From: an uncultured Candidatus Saccharibacteria bacterium
GTDB lineage: Bacteria > Patescibacteriota > Doudnabacteria > UBA920
DNA: 64,000 bases
Direction: 5' to 3'
Assembly: GCA_964473815.1 (NCBI GenBank)
Contig: CAYYQK010000001.1
Span: 881-64,880, forward strand
In this document: positions 18,101-28,692 of the stretch, piece by piece
Position numbering within the stretch: position 1 is the stretch's first letter
How the letters are laid out: every line of letters begins with the position of its first letter
The notes under the pieces: model-generated
What the model saw: the letters and a program-made list of their open reading frames with translations, nothing else
Database searches by the model: none
Told to the model about the DNA's origin: nothing
Made by a program: the position numbers and the translations under genes

Positions 18101-18445
18101 ATGAAAATTTTTAAAGAAATTGCTATTGCATTAGCAATTACTGCTTTGTTACAAGGTGGGATTTTTGCGATCGCAAGAGCTGCCGACGGACTAACAACTC
18201 CTTTCGGTGGGTTTGTTTTTAGTTTCGTTCCACCATCTCCGATCTGCCCAATTGCGCATCAGGTTTTATATAACTATGCCAACAACACAATAATGGGGGT
18301 AGCTCTCACTCCTGCTTCTTCACCACACCTCAACTATAAATTTTATGCAGCTGATGTATTTGTGTTAGGAACAGTTTATTCCGCTCCTATTCCTTGTTTG
18401 TTGCCATATCCAATTTATCCAATTGAACAAGCCGGCACTTCTTAA
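18101..18445 (+). CDS. Small secreted hypothetical protein
   Basis: Signal peptide ending ARA; PFGG motif; two Cys. Confidence 0.7.
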   Translation: MKIFKEIAIALAITALLQGGIFAIARAADGLTTPFGGFVFSFVPPSPICPIAHQVLYNYANNTIMGVALTPASSPHLNYKFYAADVFVLGTVYSAPIPCLLPYPIYPIEQAGTS

Positions 18446-18461
18446 TCCAAAGTTAGAAAAA

Positions 18462-19199
18462 ATGAACAACGCTAAAACAAAATTACAATCTCTTGGTTTC
18501 ACTTCAGGACACGCGCAGTTACTAACCGTAGCTGTTGCGGTTTTCGTCGTGCTCTTTGTTGCGAAGAGTGGAATCAATTGGAAAACAGTTTTTGTACATG
18601 CTGATTCTCAAACACACATGCTAACTTATGATGAAGCTTTAGCACAAGCGCAAAATGAAATCGGCGCAGTTAACCCAAATCAAGATGACGGTTCAGCAGA
18701 ACAAATTGCTTTGCTTGATCGCAGCAACATTGATGGAAAAGTTTTGGGTGATGCAATTGGTGTTGGTGAAATTCCTGACGCTGATCAAATGTTGTTGCCA
18801 GATATTGTGAATCAATTGAAGATAAATAATTCTAACAATGATTCGCAAGCTGCGCGACAGCAATATGTTTCAGCTGTTCAAAAAATTGAAAACGATGCAC
18901 AGATCACAAGTTTGCTCGCAGACTTAAATACAGATGACAAAGACACATTGCGAAGTTCGGCTGACGGGTGGAATTGGACAATCAAACAAATTAGTAATGT
19001 CCCGGTACCACCAAGTTTGCAAAAATATAATCAGGACAAGTTAGTTTACTATTCGGTGATCATGAACATTGCCAAAATTTATGCCGGTGACCAATCCGAG
19101 GATGGCCTGCCATTAATGACAAAAGCAATGATAAGTTACAGCGACAAAATGGATGCATTGCAACAACAATTAAATTCTCAATACAATTTGGGTTTGTAG
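18462..19199 (+). CDS. Membrane-anchored hypothetical protein
   Basis: One N-terminal TM and a helical remainder; operonic spacing. Confidence 0.75.
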   Translation: MNNAKTKLQSLGFTSGHAQLLTVAVAVFVVLFVAKSGINWKTVFVHADSQTHMLTYDEALAQAQNEIGAVNPNQDDGSAEQIALLDRSNIDGKVLGDAIGVGEIPDADQMLLPDIVNQLKINNSNNDSQAARQQYVSAVQKIENDAQITSLLADLNTDDKDTLRSSADGWNWTIKQISNVPVPPSLQKYNQDKLVYYSVIMNIAKIYAGDQSEDGLPLMTKAMISYSDKMDALQQQLNSQYNLGL

Positions 19200-19212
19200 T
19201 TAATATAGAGCG

Positions 19213-21168
19213 ATGAAACTTTTTAATATTAAAAATTTAGCAATTTTGATTCTCACCATCGCAATTGGTGTGAATGTTTTTTTGCCAAACATGACTGTGG
19301 AAGCGCAAAGCATTCCTGGGACTGGTAAAGTTCCTGTTGCTGACAGCGGTGTGTTAAAGGCAATTAATGGATGTGACCAAGGAACTGGTATCGGAACTTT
19401 GGACAATGCAGCTTGTAAGGCGGCAAACGCTTTGATCACTTCTTTAAGAGAAGGTTTGGGTACTGTTTGTGTTCAAGCTTTAGATAAATTATCTACAGGC
19501 GGCGTAAATAGTTTCTTAAGTTCTCTAGGTTCTTCTAGTTTTTCTATAATTGGAGGCAGCGAAGCCGAAGCAACTTTAAATAGTGCCCAGTCAAAAGCAT
19601 TAACTACAGCATATGAATGCGCATCGGGTTATGTTTCGATTTTAAATTCACCTGCGACTGCTGCGAAAATTTCAAATTTAAAAGAGTCACAGGATGTAGC
19701 GCGTGACGAACAAAACTTTACCAGCATTCGCGATGCCTTAGGACAGCGTGTTGATGCAATGAACGCTCGTGCATCAGCAAGTTGGAAAGATGTGCTTAAA
19801 GCCATTATGGTGAAAACCATTTTGAAGCTCAATCAAAATCTCACCACCAGCGTTGTAAATAAATTAGTACAGAATTATAAAATCTCTGATTATTCAAAGT
19901 ATGGTGATGCTTTGGCTACCCAGGTTTACAGCATGAAGTATATCAACGATCATTTTAGTGGTGACGGCGAAACCCAAATGATGATCCGCTCGGTTTTGCA
20001 GTCTGACAAACTTCCAGATAAACTCAAAACAGTGCAGGCTATAGCGCAAACACAGGCTCAAACCTATTTAGGCAAGTCTTGTAATGTTACTTCGGATGCC
20101 GCAGGAGAGCAGGATTTGAACTCATATATCAAATGTTTGGCAGCATATGGTTCTTCTGGGGCAAATCCAGAGTTCCGCGTACAAACAGCGTTAGACAATG
20201 CCCAGGCAGCCAAACAAGCTGGACAAACTAATGCTGCAGCTGAAATCTCGCAGAGCAATGGATTTGTTCCGCCGCGTAATTGTAGCGGTTCAATTACTTT
20301 GCAAAAACAAATTGATGATCAGTTTGACAAAGCAACAAACGATAAATTAATCGCTGAGTCGGCCGCATCCAAGCTCGAACAGGCTTTGAAGCTGGGTAAA
20401 ACCACCCAAGATCAACTTGATAAAGCTAATCAAGCTAAGTCTCAGGCTGAAGCAAATTACGATGCTTTGAAGAAGCAAACAAATAATCCAATTATCGATA
20501 TTTGTGAAAGCATTGCTTCACCTGCCCAGTTTGTATCGTCTACGATTGGTGATTTCTTGAAACAGCATCTAGATCAATCATCAAATTTGAAGAGTGATAA
20601 CTTGCCATTCTATGCGAACTTCCTGTCTGACATGGCTACCAACTTCTTAACCAACATTTTAACCGGCGGCAAGAGCAATACTCAGTTATTAAAAGAAGAA
20701 GGTGCTTTGGGAATTAGTGCCGCCACTGCTGGTTTGCAAGAATCAGTGACTAAAGGCACCAATCCGCTTGGTTTGCCAGGCGGTGGTAGTACTTACCCTC
20801 AAGGACAGTTAAGCATTTACGGATACGATCCAGCGGACTCCAGCTCAGGACGCTTAACTAATTTAACACCAGGCAAAACTTATACAGTTGTAGTAGACTT
20901 CACTCAGTTAATTACTAACAAACCAATCTCAATTGCAATCTCTGCAGGTTCAACTAATATTGCTCGCGACTTAACAAGCAGTGAATTAGGCAACGAACGG
21001 GTTACATTTAATTACACAGCAACAAAAAGTCCGTTAGAAGTTAATGTCACTTTGTATGGCGCAAATAAAGTCTCGCTCGCTACTAGTTCGACAACATTAG
21101 GTGTCACAGGACAGGTAAATGGAGCCACTACAGTTTTACCTCGCGGACCAGCAATCGTGATTCGATAA
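19213..21168 (+). CDS. Large secreted helical protein with paired Cys
   Basis: Signal peptide (VEA-QS), coiled-coil core, beta-rich C-terminus. Confidence 0.8.
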   Translation: MKLFNIKNLAILILTIAIGVNVFLPNMTVEAQSIPGTGKVPVADSGVLKAINGCDQGTGIGTLDNAACKAANALITSLREGLGTVCVQALDKLSTGGVNSFLSSLGSSSFSIIGGSEAEATLNSAQSKALTTAYECASGYVSILNSPATAAKISNLKESQDVARDEQNFTSIRDALGQRVDAMNARASASWKDVLKAIMVKTILKLNQNLTTSVVNKLVQNYKISDYSKYGDALATQVYSMKYINDHFSGDGETQMMIRSVLQSDKLPDKLKTVQAIAQTQAQTYLGKSCNVTSDAAGEQDLNSYIKCLAAYGSSGANPEFRVQTALDNAQAAKQAGQTNAAAEISQSNGFVPPRNCSGSITLQKQIDDQFDKATNDKLIAESAASKLEQALKLGKTTQDQLDKANQAKSQAEANYDALKKQTNNPIIDICESIASPAQFVSSTIGDFLKQHLDQSSNLKSDNLPFYANFLSDMATNFLTNILTGGKSNTQLLKEEGALGISAATAGLQESVTKGTNPLGLPGGGSTYPQGQLSIYGYDPADSSSGRLTNLTPGKTYTVVVDFTQLITNKPISIAISAGSTNIARDLTSSELGNERVTFNYTATKSPLEVNVTLYGANKVSLATSSTTLGVTGQVNGATTVLPRGPAIVIR

Positions 21169-21210
21169 GTCAGTTGAAAAACTGAAGATAAAATTTTTCT
21201 AAAGTTTTTT

Positions 21211-21238
21211 AAAAGCCACCCTCCTTAGGGTGGTTTTT
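21211..21238 (+). terminator. Intrinsic terminator
   Basis: GCCACCCT-CCTT-AGGGTGGT followed by a T-tract. Confidence 0.75.
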
Positions 21239-21350
21239 GATTAATTTTTTATATCCCCAGACCAACTTGCAAGAGTTTGGGTTTTTGGGGGTCTATGTGG
21301 TATAATAATCATAAGGATTTCAGATTTTAGACCCTCTTTTAGACCTACTT

Positions 21351-24300
21351 TTGACCTCTAAACTTGTGTTCACGAAACAAAGACAAAATTTAAAATTTTA
21401 TAAGAAAATAAAGCAATTTTTCCTACTATTTTTGACCTTAATCCAGGCCAGTTTTTTGTTTTTGAGCATTTCGCCGCTTATTTCTAAAAACGCGATAGCC
21501 GATAGCTTGCTGTGTACTTACAGCGCGAATGATGGATCCCCAAGAGGTGCAAACTCTATTTCTATTTCTACATCTTCGATCAAAGATTCCGAAGGAAACC
21601 AGATTGGCATTCAGGGCAGTATCCAGGTTATTTATGAAGCTGGAAATGCTCAAGGCATAGATTACAATAATAGTTTGGTTGCTTGTAGTGCTGATAATCT
21701 AGCGCCATATATCACTTTAATTGAACAAAATACTATCCGTGATAATCAAACCGTTTCTTCGGAATTCAGATTACAAAATGTTGCGGTAAATTCTGCAAAA
21801 ACAAAAGAAGGTGCAAACACCCTTAGTGTAAAAGGTGACTTTAGTATTCCAAATTTAGCGAGTTCGGGTTTAAATATTAATAACTTACAGAGTTATACCA
21901 AAATTCCGGCCTCCAATGTTAGAACCGTATATTTGAACTATAGTACCAGAGAGGGTAGTGGTTCCACCGGCATTACCAAATCTCCTTTTTTAAGTACTGG
22001 CAGAGACACTTATGACGCTAATCGCACTGTAAACTTATATGTTTGTAAGAATGGTACTCTTATTTGCGCAGACGTGAACTCTGGTTCGGGTGGGCCTAGT
22101 GGCGACCCAACAACAACAAACGATTTACAAATTAAATTAGGATCTCTGAAGTTGGGAGTTCGTCCGTCGGTTTCTGGGGTATCAAAGAGTATGACACCAG
22201 ATCCTAAAAAAGCGTTTATTAGAACATACATTGATGAGAATGGTAAGATAGCTGGTTTTAGTTTGGACGCCTTTATCATTCCAGCAGCACCTCCTGATAA
22301 AACTTTATATATTAAAGATGGTTCCAATAACAGTTCAGTTATAATTGGCGATCCAACCAACCTTGCCTTTAGTCCAAAGAAGGTTTTAAACTTGGGGGCA
22401 CAAATATTTAATAAAGATATTTTATTTGATTCTGCGAACAAATACGGCTGTATTAAGAATGACTTCAGTACTAATTATGTAATTGGTAATGAAACCGTGG
22501 TATTTAATTTTTGCAACCCAGCAGTTAAAGATATAGTAAATAATCAGCTGCATGTAAAAACCGATGGTTCGGCCGGTCAAAACTTCACACTAGCTTTAAA
22601 TGACACATTACTTAAGGGTTTGTTAGCATCCAATCAAGTAAAATGTACGGACCCAAAAACAGGTGAGGGATGTGATGAGACCTTAAATAAAATTCAAATT
22701 GCTCCACTTTTGAGCATAGAGAAGGCGCCTACAGCAGACACTACTTGGACTTCATTTTTTTCCAAATTACCCCAAGTAGTTGGGCAATACTTGTTAGACT
22801 CAGGGTCGGTTCCTCTTACATATACCCCAGCTGATTTTTACATAGAAATATATCCATCTAAGGCAGCTTTTGATAAGCATATTAACGATCCACCTCCGGC
22901 CGCAGTACCAGATATTCAAGATGTCGTAAGTACGGCGCAAGCAGGAACACAATCGACCGCACAAACTCTTTATGCGTTCATTGTCCGGATAATTTCAAGT
23001 ATTGTTGTTTGGCTGCAATCAATAATTTATCGAATTTTTGCTTACATTGTAGTACCTATTTTGAAAGCATTATTGAGCGTCCGTCCATATCAAGATGTAT
23101 TTGTAAATATTATCTACCCTGGCTGGTTAATTTTACGTAACTTAGCTAACATTTTCTTCATCCTTTCTCTTCTAGTTGTAGGATTAAGGATTTTGTTTCA
23201 GCAATCAGCTTCTGGAGCGGCAAGAGGGTTTATTATTAGGCTCGTGCTAATGGCGTTGCTGGTTAATTTTAGTTTAGTCATTGCTCAAGGCATTGTTGCT
23301 GTTGCAGACACGGTACAGTCACAATTCTTGCCAGCTAATTCTCGTGTAATTGAAGCTCTGGGCGCCAAGCTTATGGTTGAACCTTTGAAGAATTTCAATG
23401 AGGAAGTAGATAATAAAACTAGTATCACAAACTTAAATGCGGACCAGTCGCAGCTTGCTTTAGCTGATACTGTTAAGCCGTTGGTGTTGTTGATCTTATC
23501 AGTAGCGTCTTTCTTCTCCTTCTTGGCCATTGCAGCATTTTTGCTAGTTCGATTGGTGGCTTTATGGGTGCTATACATGACATCACCAATAGCGTACGTC
23601 GGTTTAGTTATGGGCGAGACCAGTTCGTATGCCAAGCAATGGTGGAATGAGTTTATCCATTATGTAATCATGACTCCGGTTCTGGTGTTCTTCTTAAATA
23701 TTGCTGCTCTTATGGCGATCGCCTTTTCTGGTTCGAATGATACACTCTTTAAATTCAATCAGGATAATACTCTATCTGGTGACGTTGTGATTGGCACCTT
23801 AACGATCCTCACCCACTTTATTGTTTTGGCAGTCATTTATGCAGGTATGAAATATGCCAGCAAGATGGGTGGAGCAGCAGGTAAAACAATTGTTAAGTAT
23901 GCACAAAAAGGATTTCAAAATACTTTCAAAAAACCATACCAATGGGGCAAAGCAGCTGCGATGCCAACCAAAGATTTTGTTGGAGATAAGGCTTCTGTTG
24001 GAATGGGTAAATTATTTGGCAGCAGAGCAGAAAATGTTACTCAGGCATTATTCAAGCCAAAAGATGCTTTGAGTAGTTTGAAACGTGGCATGCTAGATCG
24101 TCCTGGTGAAGACCGAAAGAAGCGGGAAAAGAAGCGCTTGGGCACGATTGATGACCAGGCTTACAAGATTATGAACAACAAGTGGAAGGCAGCAAAATAC
24201 GCGGCTTCTACACTTGCCGGCAATGGTCCTAAATTTGCTTATGGGCAAGGCTCTGCCAAAGTTGACGAGTCCCAGATATTAACAGACAAAGAATGGCAGG

Positions 24301-25514
24301 CAGCCCAGAATGATCTCACTAAAAACAAAACTGCCTTTGACGCTGCTAATGGAAGAAAAGAAGATTTCTATAAAGGATTAGTTGATGAATCGGATATAGA
24401 TAAATCATTAGGTGCACTCCAAGAAACAAAGAGTAAATTAGAAGCTGAAAGAAATGATGCGATTGCAGCTAACGATAACGAACAGGTTCAAAAAATTACT
24501 AATCGCATTGATAAGATCGATCGACTTACAAATGAACTTAATGGCGCAAAAAATGGAGCTGTTAATGGTAAAATTGATTTTAGAAATTTTCAAGATTCTA
24601 TCCCTGATGATTTGCAGGTTGAAGCTTCGGCAGTATTCGACCCAAATCAAATAAATATGGAAATCAACAAGGCTGTTAAAGATGCAGAAGCTGAAAAGAG
24701 TCGCTTGGAAGGTTTGATTCAACAAAATGACGAACGTCGCAAGAAATTTGGATACGGCGATGCAGATCCGGCGGCAGTAGGACACCGGGCCATGATAATT
24801 GCTGAAAGAGTAAGTCTGTCAGATCAGGGAAATAAAGAAATGGCAGATGCCCAAAAGCGATTCCTTGCTCCAAGTTTGGCAGAAAGAGAAGCGCGGGTTT
24901 CCGGCGAAAGAGAGCAGGCTAAAAAAATAGACGAAATAGACGATCCTGAAGAATTGTCAGCGCAATTTGAAGGAGCAATGAAAAAGAATAATATGGCTTT
25001 GGCAACTGCGATTGCGAAAAAAATGGCTAAGGAAGGTAACTTTGATAAGTTGCTGAGTGCTAATGGTTATGAAAATAATTTAAAGTCTTTCCAGGCTTTC
25101 ATGGAAAAACACTTTAAAGATATGGCCCCACAAATCCGCATGCAGATTGCTTCCGAGATAGGTTCTATAGCTGCTCAAAATGGTAACACCACCTTCGTAA
25201 AACCTACCAAAGTTGACCAAGGGGTTATGCGATGGAGTACTGAACAGGAACACCTTGCTGCCAAGCAGAGCAAGATTCAAAGTGCCTCAAGTTATGATTT
25301 GGCGAAGAAAAAGCTTTACGAAATATCCTACCAACAAAATGGTAAAAGCTATCTGGAAAAAGGTGCTATTGATAACTTTAACAGTATGACTCCCGAAAAA
25401 CTTAGAAAATATATTGAACGGAAATCTCCAAAAGAATTAGAGGATTTGAAGAAATTCGAAAATTACAGTTTATTAATGCCTGGTGTGCAGCAATTATTAG
25501 AGTCAAAAAGGTAG
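21351..25514 (+). CDS. Extended VirB6/TrbL-like polytopic membrane protein
   Basis: Central multi-TM block (GWLILRNLANIFF..ALLVNFS..RLVALW..SPIA..WWNEF); large extracellular N-domain; coiled-coil C-domain; PrgI/VirB4 context. Confidence 0.75.
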   Translation: MTSKLVFTKQRQNLKFYKKIKQFFLLFLTLIQASFLFLSISPLISKNAIADSLLCTYSANDGSPRGANSISISTSSIKDSEGNQIGIQGSIQVIYEAGNAQGIDYNNSLVACSADNLAPYITLIEQNTIRDNQTVSSEFRLQNVAVNSAKTKEGANTLSVKGDFSIPNLASSGLNINNLQSYTKIPASNVRTVYLNYSTREGSGSTGITKSPFLSTGRDTYDANRTVNLYVCKNGTLICADVNSGSGGPSGDPTTTNDLQIKLGSLKLGVRPSVSGVSKSMTPDPKKAFIRTYIDENGKIAGFSLDAFIIPAAPPDKTLYIKDGSNNSSVIIGDPTNLAFSPKKVLNLGAQIFNKDILFDSANKYGCIKNDFSTNYVIGNETVVFNFCNPAVKDIVNNQLHVKTDGSAGQNFTLALNDTLLKGLLASNQVKCTDPKTGEGCDETLNKIQIAPLLSIEKAPTADTTWTSFFSKLPQVVGQYLLDSGSVPLTYTPADFYIEIYPSKAAFDKHINDPPPAAVPDIQDVVSTAQAGTQSTAQTLYAFIVRIISSIVVWLQSIIYRIFAYIVVPILKALLSVRPYQDVFVNIIYPGWLILRNLANIFFILSLLVVGLRILFQQSASGAARGFIIRLVLMALLVNFSLVIAQGIVAVADTVQSQFLPANSRVIEALGAKLMVEPLKNFNEEVDNKTSITNLNADQSQLALADTVKPLVLLILSVASFFSFLAIAAFLLVRLVALWVLYMTSPIAYVGLVMGETSSYAKQWWNEFIHYVIMTPVLVFFLNIAALMAIAFSGSNDTLFKFNQDNTLSGDVVIGTLTILTHFIVLAVIYAGMKYASKMGGAAGKTIVKYAQKGFQNTFKKPYQWGKAAAMPTKDFVGDKASVGMGKLFGSRAENVTQALFKPKDALSSLKRGMLDRPGEDRKKREKKRLGTIDDQAYKIMNNKWKAAKYAASTLAGNGPKFAYGQGSAKVDESQILTDKEWQAAQNDLTKNKTAFDAANGRKEDFYKGLVDESDIDKSLGALQETKSKLEAERNDAIAANDNEQVQKITNRIDKIDRLTNELNGAKNGAVNGKIDFRNFQDSIPDDLQVEASAVFDPNQINMEINKAVKDAEAEKSRLEGLIQQNDERRKKFGYGDADPAAVGHRAMIIAERVSLSDQGNKEMADAQKRFLAPSLAEREARVSGEREQAKKIDEIDDPEELSAQFEGAMKKNNMALATAIAKKMAKEGNFDKLLSANGYENNLKSFQAFMEKHFKDMAPQIRMQIASEIGSIAAQNGNTTFVKPTKVDQGVMRWSTEQEHLAAKQSKIQSASSYDLAKKKLYEISYQQNGKSYLEKGAIDNFNSMTPEKLRKYIERKSPKELEDLKKFENYSLLMPGVQQLLESKR

Positions 25515-25520
25515 TAAAAT

Positions 25521-26720
25521 ATGGAACCGCAAGAATTCCAAAATTTAATATTCCAAGCTATAAATTCTGATGACTCGGCAGCAGCCATTCAGGTTTTAGT
25601 GGCGCATAAAAATGACCCGTCTTTAGAATTGCCTCAAAATGTTGAACTTCAAATGAAGTACATTCGCATGATGAGTTTAACTGGTGAACAGCTCGTCAGC
25701 TTGATGAAACAATCCGTTTTGGCAGCCTACTCGATCCCTGAATTTGATTTGGTTGAAAAAATCAAAACCTATCTTACTCAAATGGATGATACTTTCGGTG
25801 AGATTAATCTGATTAGAAGCATTATTACTATTTTGGAAAATAGTGAAGAGATTTTGGGTAAGGGCACAATTGAAATGAAGGAAGGACCTGCCAAACCAAC
25901 AATTAAAAATTGGATTGAAGATTACCTCTCACTTTCTACATTAGAAAACGAAAAAAATGCTTTCACTGAACTCCAATACATAAATACATCTCAAAACGCA
26001 AAAGCGCTAACTACCGTTCAGGAAAAGGAAATTCTGAAGAACATTCTTAAATTAATCGATTACTGCATCGATATTAATGATCTGTGGGAGTCTGAGCCAA
26101 CACCTAAAACAGAAGCTGACGCCTACCCTGACTTTGATCTGTATAAATTTATTCCTGGCGTACGGGAGTATCTGGAAGATGAAGATATTCCACAAACTGA
26201 AGCCCCTCAACAACCCCAAATGCCCCATTTTGCGGAAGATTTGCCAACGGGTCATTATGTTGACGGTTTAAAACCGGAGTATACTGCTCCAAAGTTTTCA
26301 CACATAGCCAAAGATTTGCCTAATAATCAATATATAGATGAAATCTCGAGACCTGAGCCTCAAGAACCAAAATTGGCTGGTCAGCTCTCAGGTCAGCAGC
26401 CACCGGTAAACAAGAGTTCGACATTGCAAGGCTTAGCGAAACCAGCCCCTGTGTTGAACCAAATCTCTGGTAACAGGTCTGCAATGCCTGCAAATGATCA
26501 GGCAAAAATTCGTGAGTTACTCAACAATAAAAGCGCCGCTGATATTTCCGAACTTATCAAAAAAGCCACTCCTGTTCAAAAGCCGGGCGTTGTTAAAGAT
26601 GACACAAATATAAGTTTAAAAGATGAAAAAGAAAGACTGGAAAAAGCTCGCACCGAGCAGATTGATAGCATTGCTCAAAAGTTAGAAGATTTGCGCAACC
26701 GCCAAAAACAAAAGCAATAA
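25521..26720 (+). CDS. Hypothetical protein (acidic helical N-terminus, Pro/Gln-rich linker)
   Basis: Long ORF tightly spaced within the operon. Confidence 0.75.
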   Translation: MEPQEFQNLIFQAINSDDSAAAIQVLVAHKNDPSLELPQNVELQMKYIRMMSLTGEQLVSLMKQSVLAAYSIPEFDLVEKIKTYLTQMDDTFGEINLIRSIITILENSEEILGKGTIEMKEGPAKPTIKNWIEDYLSLSTLENEKNAFTELQYINTSQNAKALTTVQEKEILKNILKLIDYCIDINDLWESEPTPKTEADAYPDFDLYKFIPGVREYLEDEDIPQTEAPQQPQMPHFAEDLPTGHYVDGLKPEYTAPKFSHIAKDLPNNQYIDEISRPEPQEPKLAGQLSGQQPPVNKSSTLQGLAKPAPVLNQISGNRSAMPANDQAKIRELLNNKSAADISELIKKATPVQKPGVVKDDTNISLKDEKERLEKARTEQIDSIAQKLEDLRNRQKQKQ

Positions 26721-26724
26721 TTAT

Positions 26725-27507
26725 ATGTTTAACGCAAAACGTATCGAAGATATTCGTAATCGAATACAAACGAGCACCTTGCTTACTGACCACGAGAAAG
26801 CAGATTGGTTAAACTTGCTCGAGTTGATGAACGATAAGCAACTCACAGAGTTAGAAGAAATTTTAGATAGCAAGATCCAGGCAAATGCTATAATTCCGCC
26901 TCAACCTTCAGCACCGCTCTCCCCGCAACCAATGCCTGTACCAGAACCTGTCTCTCCAGAAAATGTTAAAGAAGCAGTAAAAGATGGTGTACAAGAAATT
27001 CTTACTGAAGAAATCCCTGCACCAGAATCAGTTGCAAATATCACTGCGCCACAACCAGCGCCAGCACCGATCCCACATACTTCTGCAATGCCACCGCTAA
27101 GCCATCTGGCAAACATCCCTTCTGGATTAGAAAATTCTGGCACAGCAGGCTCTATAAATACATCCACACCTGAAGGTATCGAACCACCTCTAGCCCCAGC
27201 TCCCGTCTCGCATACTAAAGAACACGGCACGCAAGTATTTCTACTGGACCGCTACGAAAATCTGGCCAATTTAAATATTGGTTCACTTCGGGCGCACGAC
27301 TGGGAATCGATTACCCGCCAAGTTAAGCGAGTTACCCAAGAGCATGGTTATTTCAAAGTTTTACACTTAATTGAGGCTAGTCCTTTGTTCAGTACTTATA
27401 TTAAATCTGGCCTTATGCGCTTGAATGGACAAGAATCAGAAATGACACAGGAAGAATTCGAATTTATGGCTGATTTACTCAATCACATGCGAATCAATCG
27501 ATGGTAA
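26725..27507 (+). CDS. Hypothetical protein with Pro-rich linker
   Basis: Long ORF tightly spaced within the operon. Confidence 0.75.
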   Translation: MFNAKRIEDIRNRIQTSTLLTDHEKADWLNLLELMNDKQLTELEEILDSKIQANAIIPPQPSAPLSPQPMPVPEPVSPENVKEAVKDGVQEILTEEIPAPESVANITAPQPAPAPIPHTSAMPPLSHLANIPSGLENSGTAGSINTSTPEGIEPPLAPAPVSHTKEHGTQVFLLDRYENLANLNIGSLRAHDWESITRQVKRVTQEHGYFKVLHLIEASPLFSTYIKSGLMRLNGQESEMTQEEFEFMADLLNHMRINRW

Positions 27508-27529
27508 ATATGGTATAATATATTGAAAC

Positions 27530-27991
27530 ATGCAATTTCCAGTTCCACAATTTACTGATGTAGAGGACCGCATTATTGGCGGATTATCGTTTAAGCAGTT
27601 CGGCATTGTGTTTGCTGCTGCTGTTTTTACTTTTGTGATGTATATCATCAGTAACAAAAATATTCCCGTTGCGATCGTTACTGGAATTGTGACTGGTGTC
27701 CCGGCTTTAGCATTAACTTTTGGCAAATTAAATGGTCGACCGCTCTATGCCAGCGCTGGTAACTTCGTAAAATATTTATTTGGCGCCAAAATTTACGTTT
27801 TTCATAAACAAGGCCAGACAATTTCTGAAACAGATAAAACCGCTGTAATAGTAGAACAGCAACCTGAACCAAAAGATCCAAAAGCGACTACGATCAAAAT
27901 AAAGGAATTAAATTATTTACTGCAACAACAAGCATCGGAAGAAAATATGTTGCTGCAACGTATCCGTGAAAATAAGGCCGCTGCTAAATAA
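27530..27991 (+). CDS. PrgI-family (VirB3-like) protein
   Basis: MQFPVPQFTDVEDRIIGGLSFKQF, two TMs, NGRP. Confidence 0.88.
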   Translation: MQFPVPQFTDVEDRIIGGLSFKQFGIVFAAAVFTFVMYIISNKNIPVAIVTGIVTGVPALALTFGKLNGRPLYASAGNFVKYLFGAKIYVFHKQGQTISETDKTAVIVEQQPEPKDPKATTIKIKELNYLLQQQASEENMLLQRIRENKAAAK

Positions 27992-27996
27992 ACAAA

Positions 27997-28692
27997 ATGG
28001 CAAATACCAAAACAAAAAAAACTATTGGCAGTCCGACGCAGAGCTTTTTGAGGGTGGCCGAAATTCGCGATGACACCATAATTATGGACGACGGCACTTT
28101 GCGCGCGGTATTGACTGTGTCGAGTACAAATTTTGATTTAAAAAGTGAAGAAGAACAAAACGCTTTGATTTATAGCTATCAAAGATTTTTGAATTCTTTA
28201 GAGTTTCATATTCAGATTGTATTGCAAAGTCGCAAGATGGACATCAATGAATACACAGAAAAGTTGAAAGGCTTAATGGAACGCCAAACCAATGAACTAC
28301 TACGTATGCAAACCACAGAGTATATTGAGTTCATTAACCGTTTAGTTGAGTCAGCCAACGTGATGAGCAAAAATTTCTATGTGATCGTACCCTACGAAAG
28401 TAGTTTAAATTCAACTGTTTCGGTTGGTTTCTTTAGTCGGATATTAGGAACTGGCAAAGTTCAGCAACTTGAAGCAAAAAGTAAGGCGTTTGCTGACTAT
28501 CGAAAAGCATTAAGCGAACGCGTTGGTAGTGTAGCAGCAAACTTAGGCAGTGCTGGTTTGCGCGTAGTGCGTCTGAATACTGACCAACTCATCGAACTAG
28601 TTTATAATTCGTACAATTTTGGCGCTGGTCCAACTATCGATGCCAGTCAGTTACCGAAAGTAACCATTACCGAAGAGGAGATTAAAAAATGA
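27997..28692 (+). CDS. VirB4-associated (TraC/TcpE-adjacent) protein
   Basis: TQSFL..AEIRDD, NFDLKSEEEQNA..YQRFLNSL; lies between PrgI and VirB4. Confidence 0.75.
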   Translation: MANTKTKKTIGSPTQSFLRVAEIRDDTIIMDDGTLRAVLTVSSTNFDLKSEEEQNALIYSYQRFLNSLEFHIQIVLQSRKMDINEYTEKLKGLMERQTNELLRMQTTEYIEFINRLVESANVMSKNFYVIVPYESSLNSTVSVGFFSRILGTGKVQQLEAKSKAFADYRKALSERVGSVAANLGSAGLRVVRLNTDQLIELVYNSYNFGAGPTIDASQLPKVTITEEEIKK

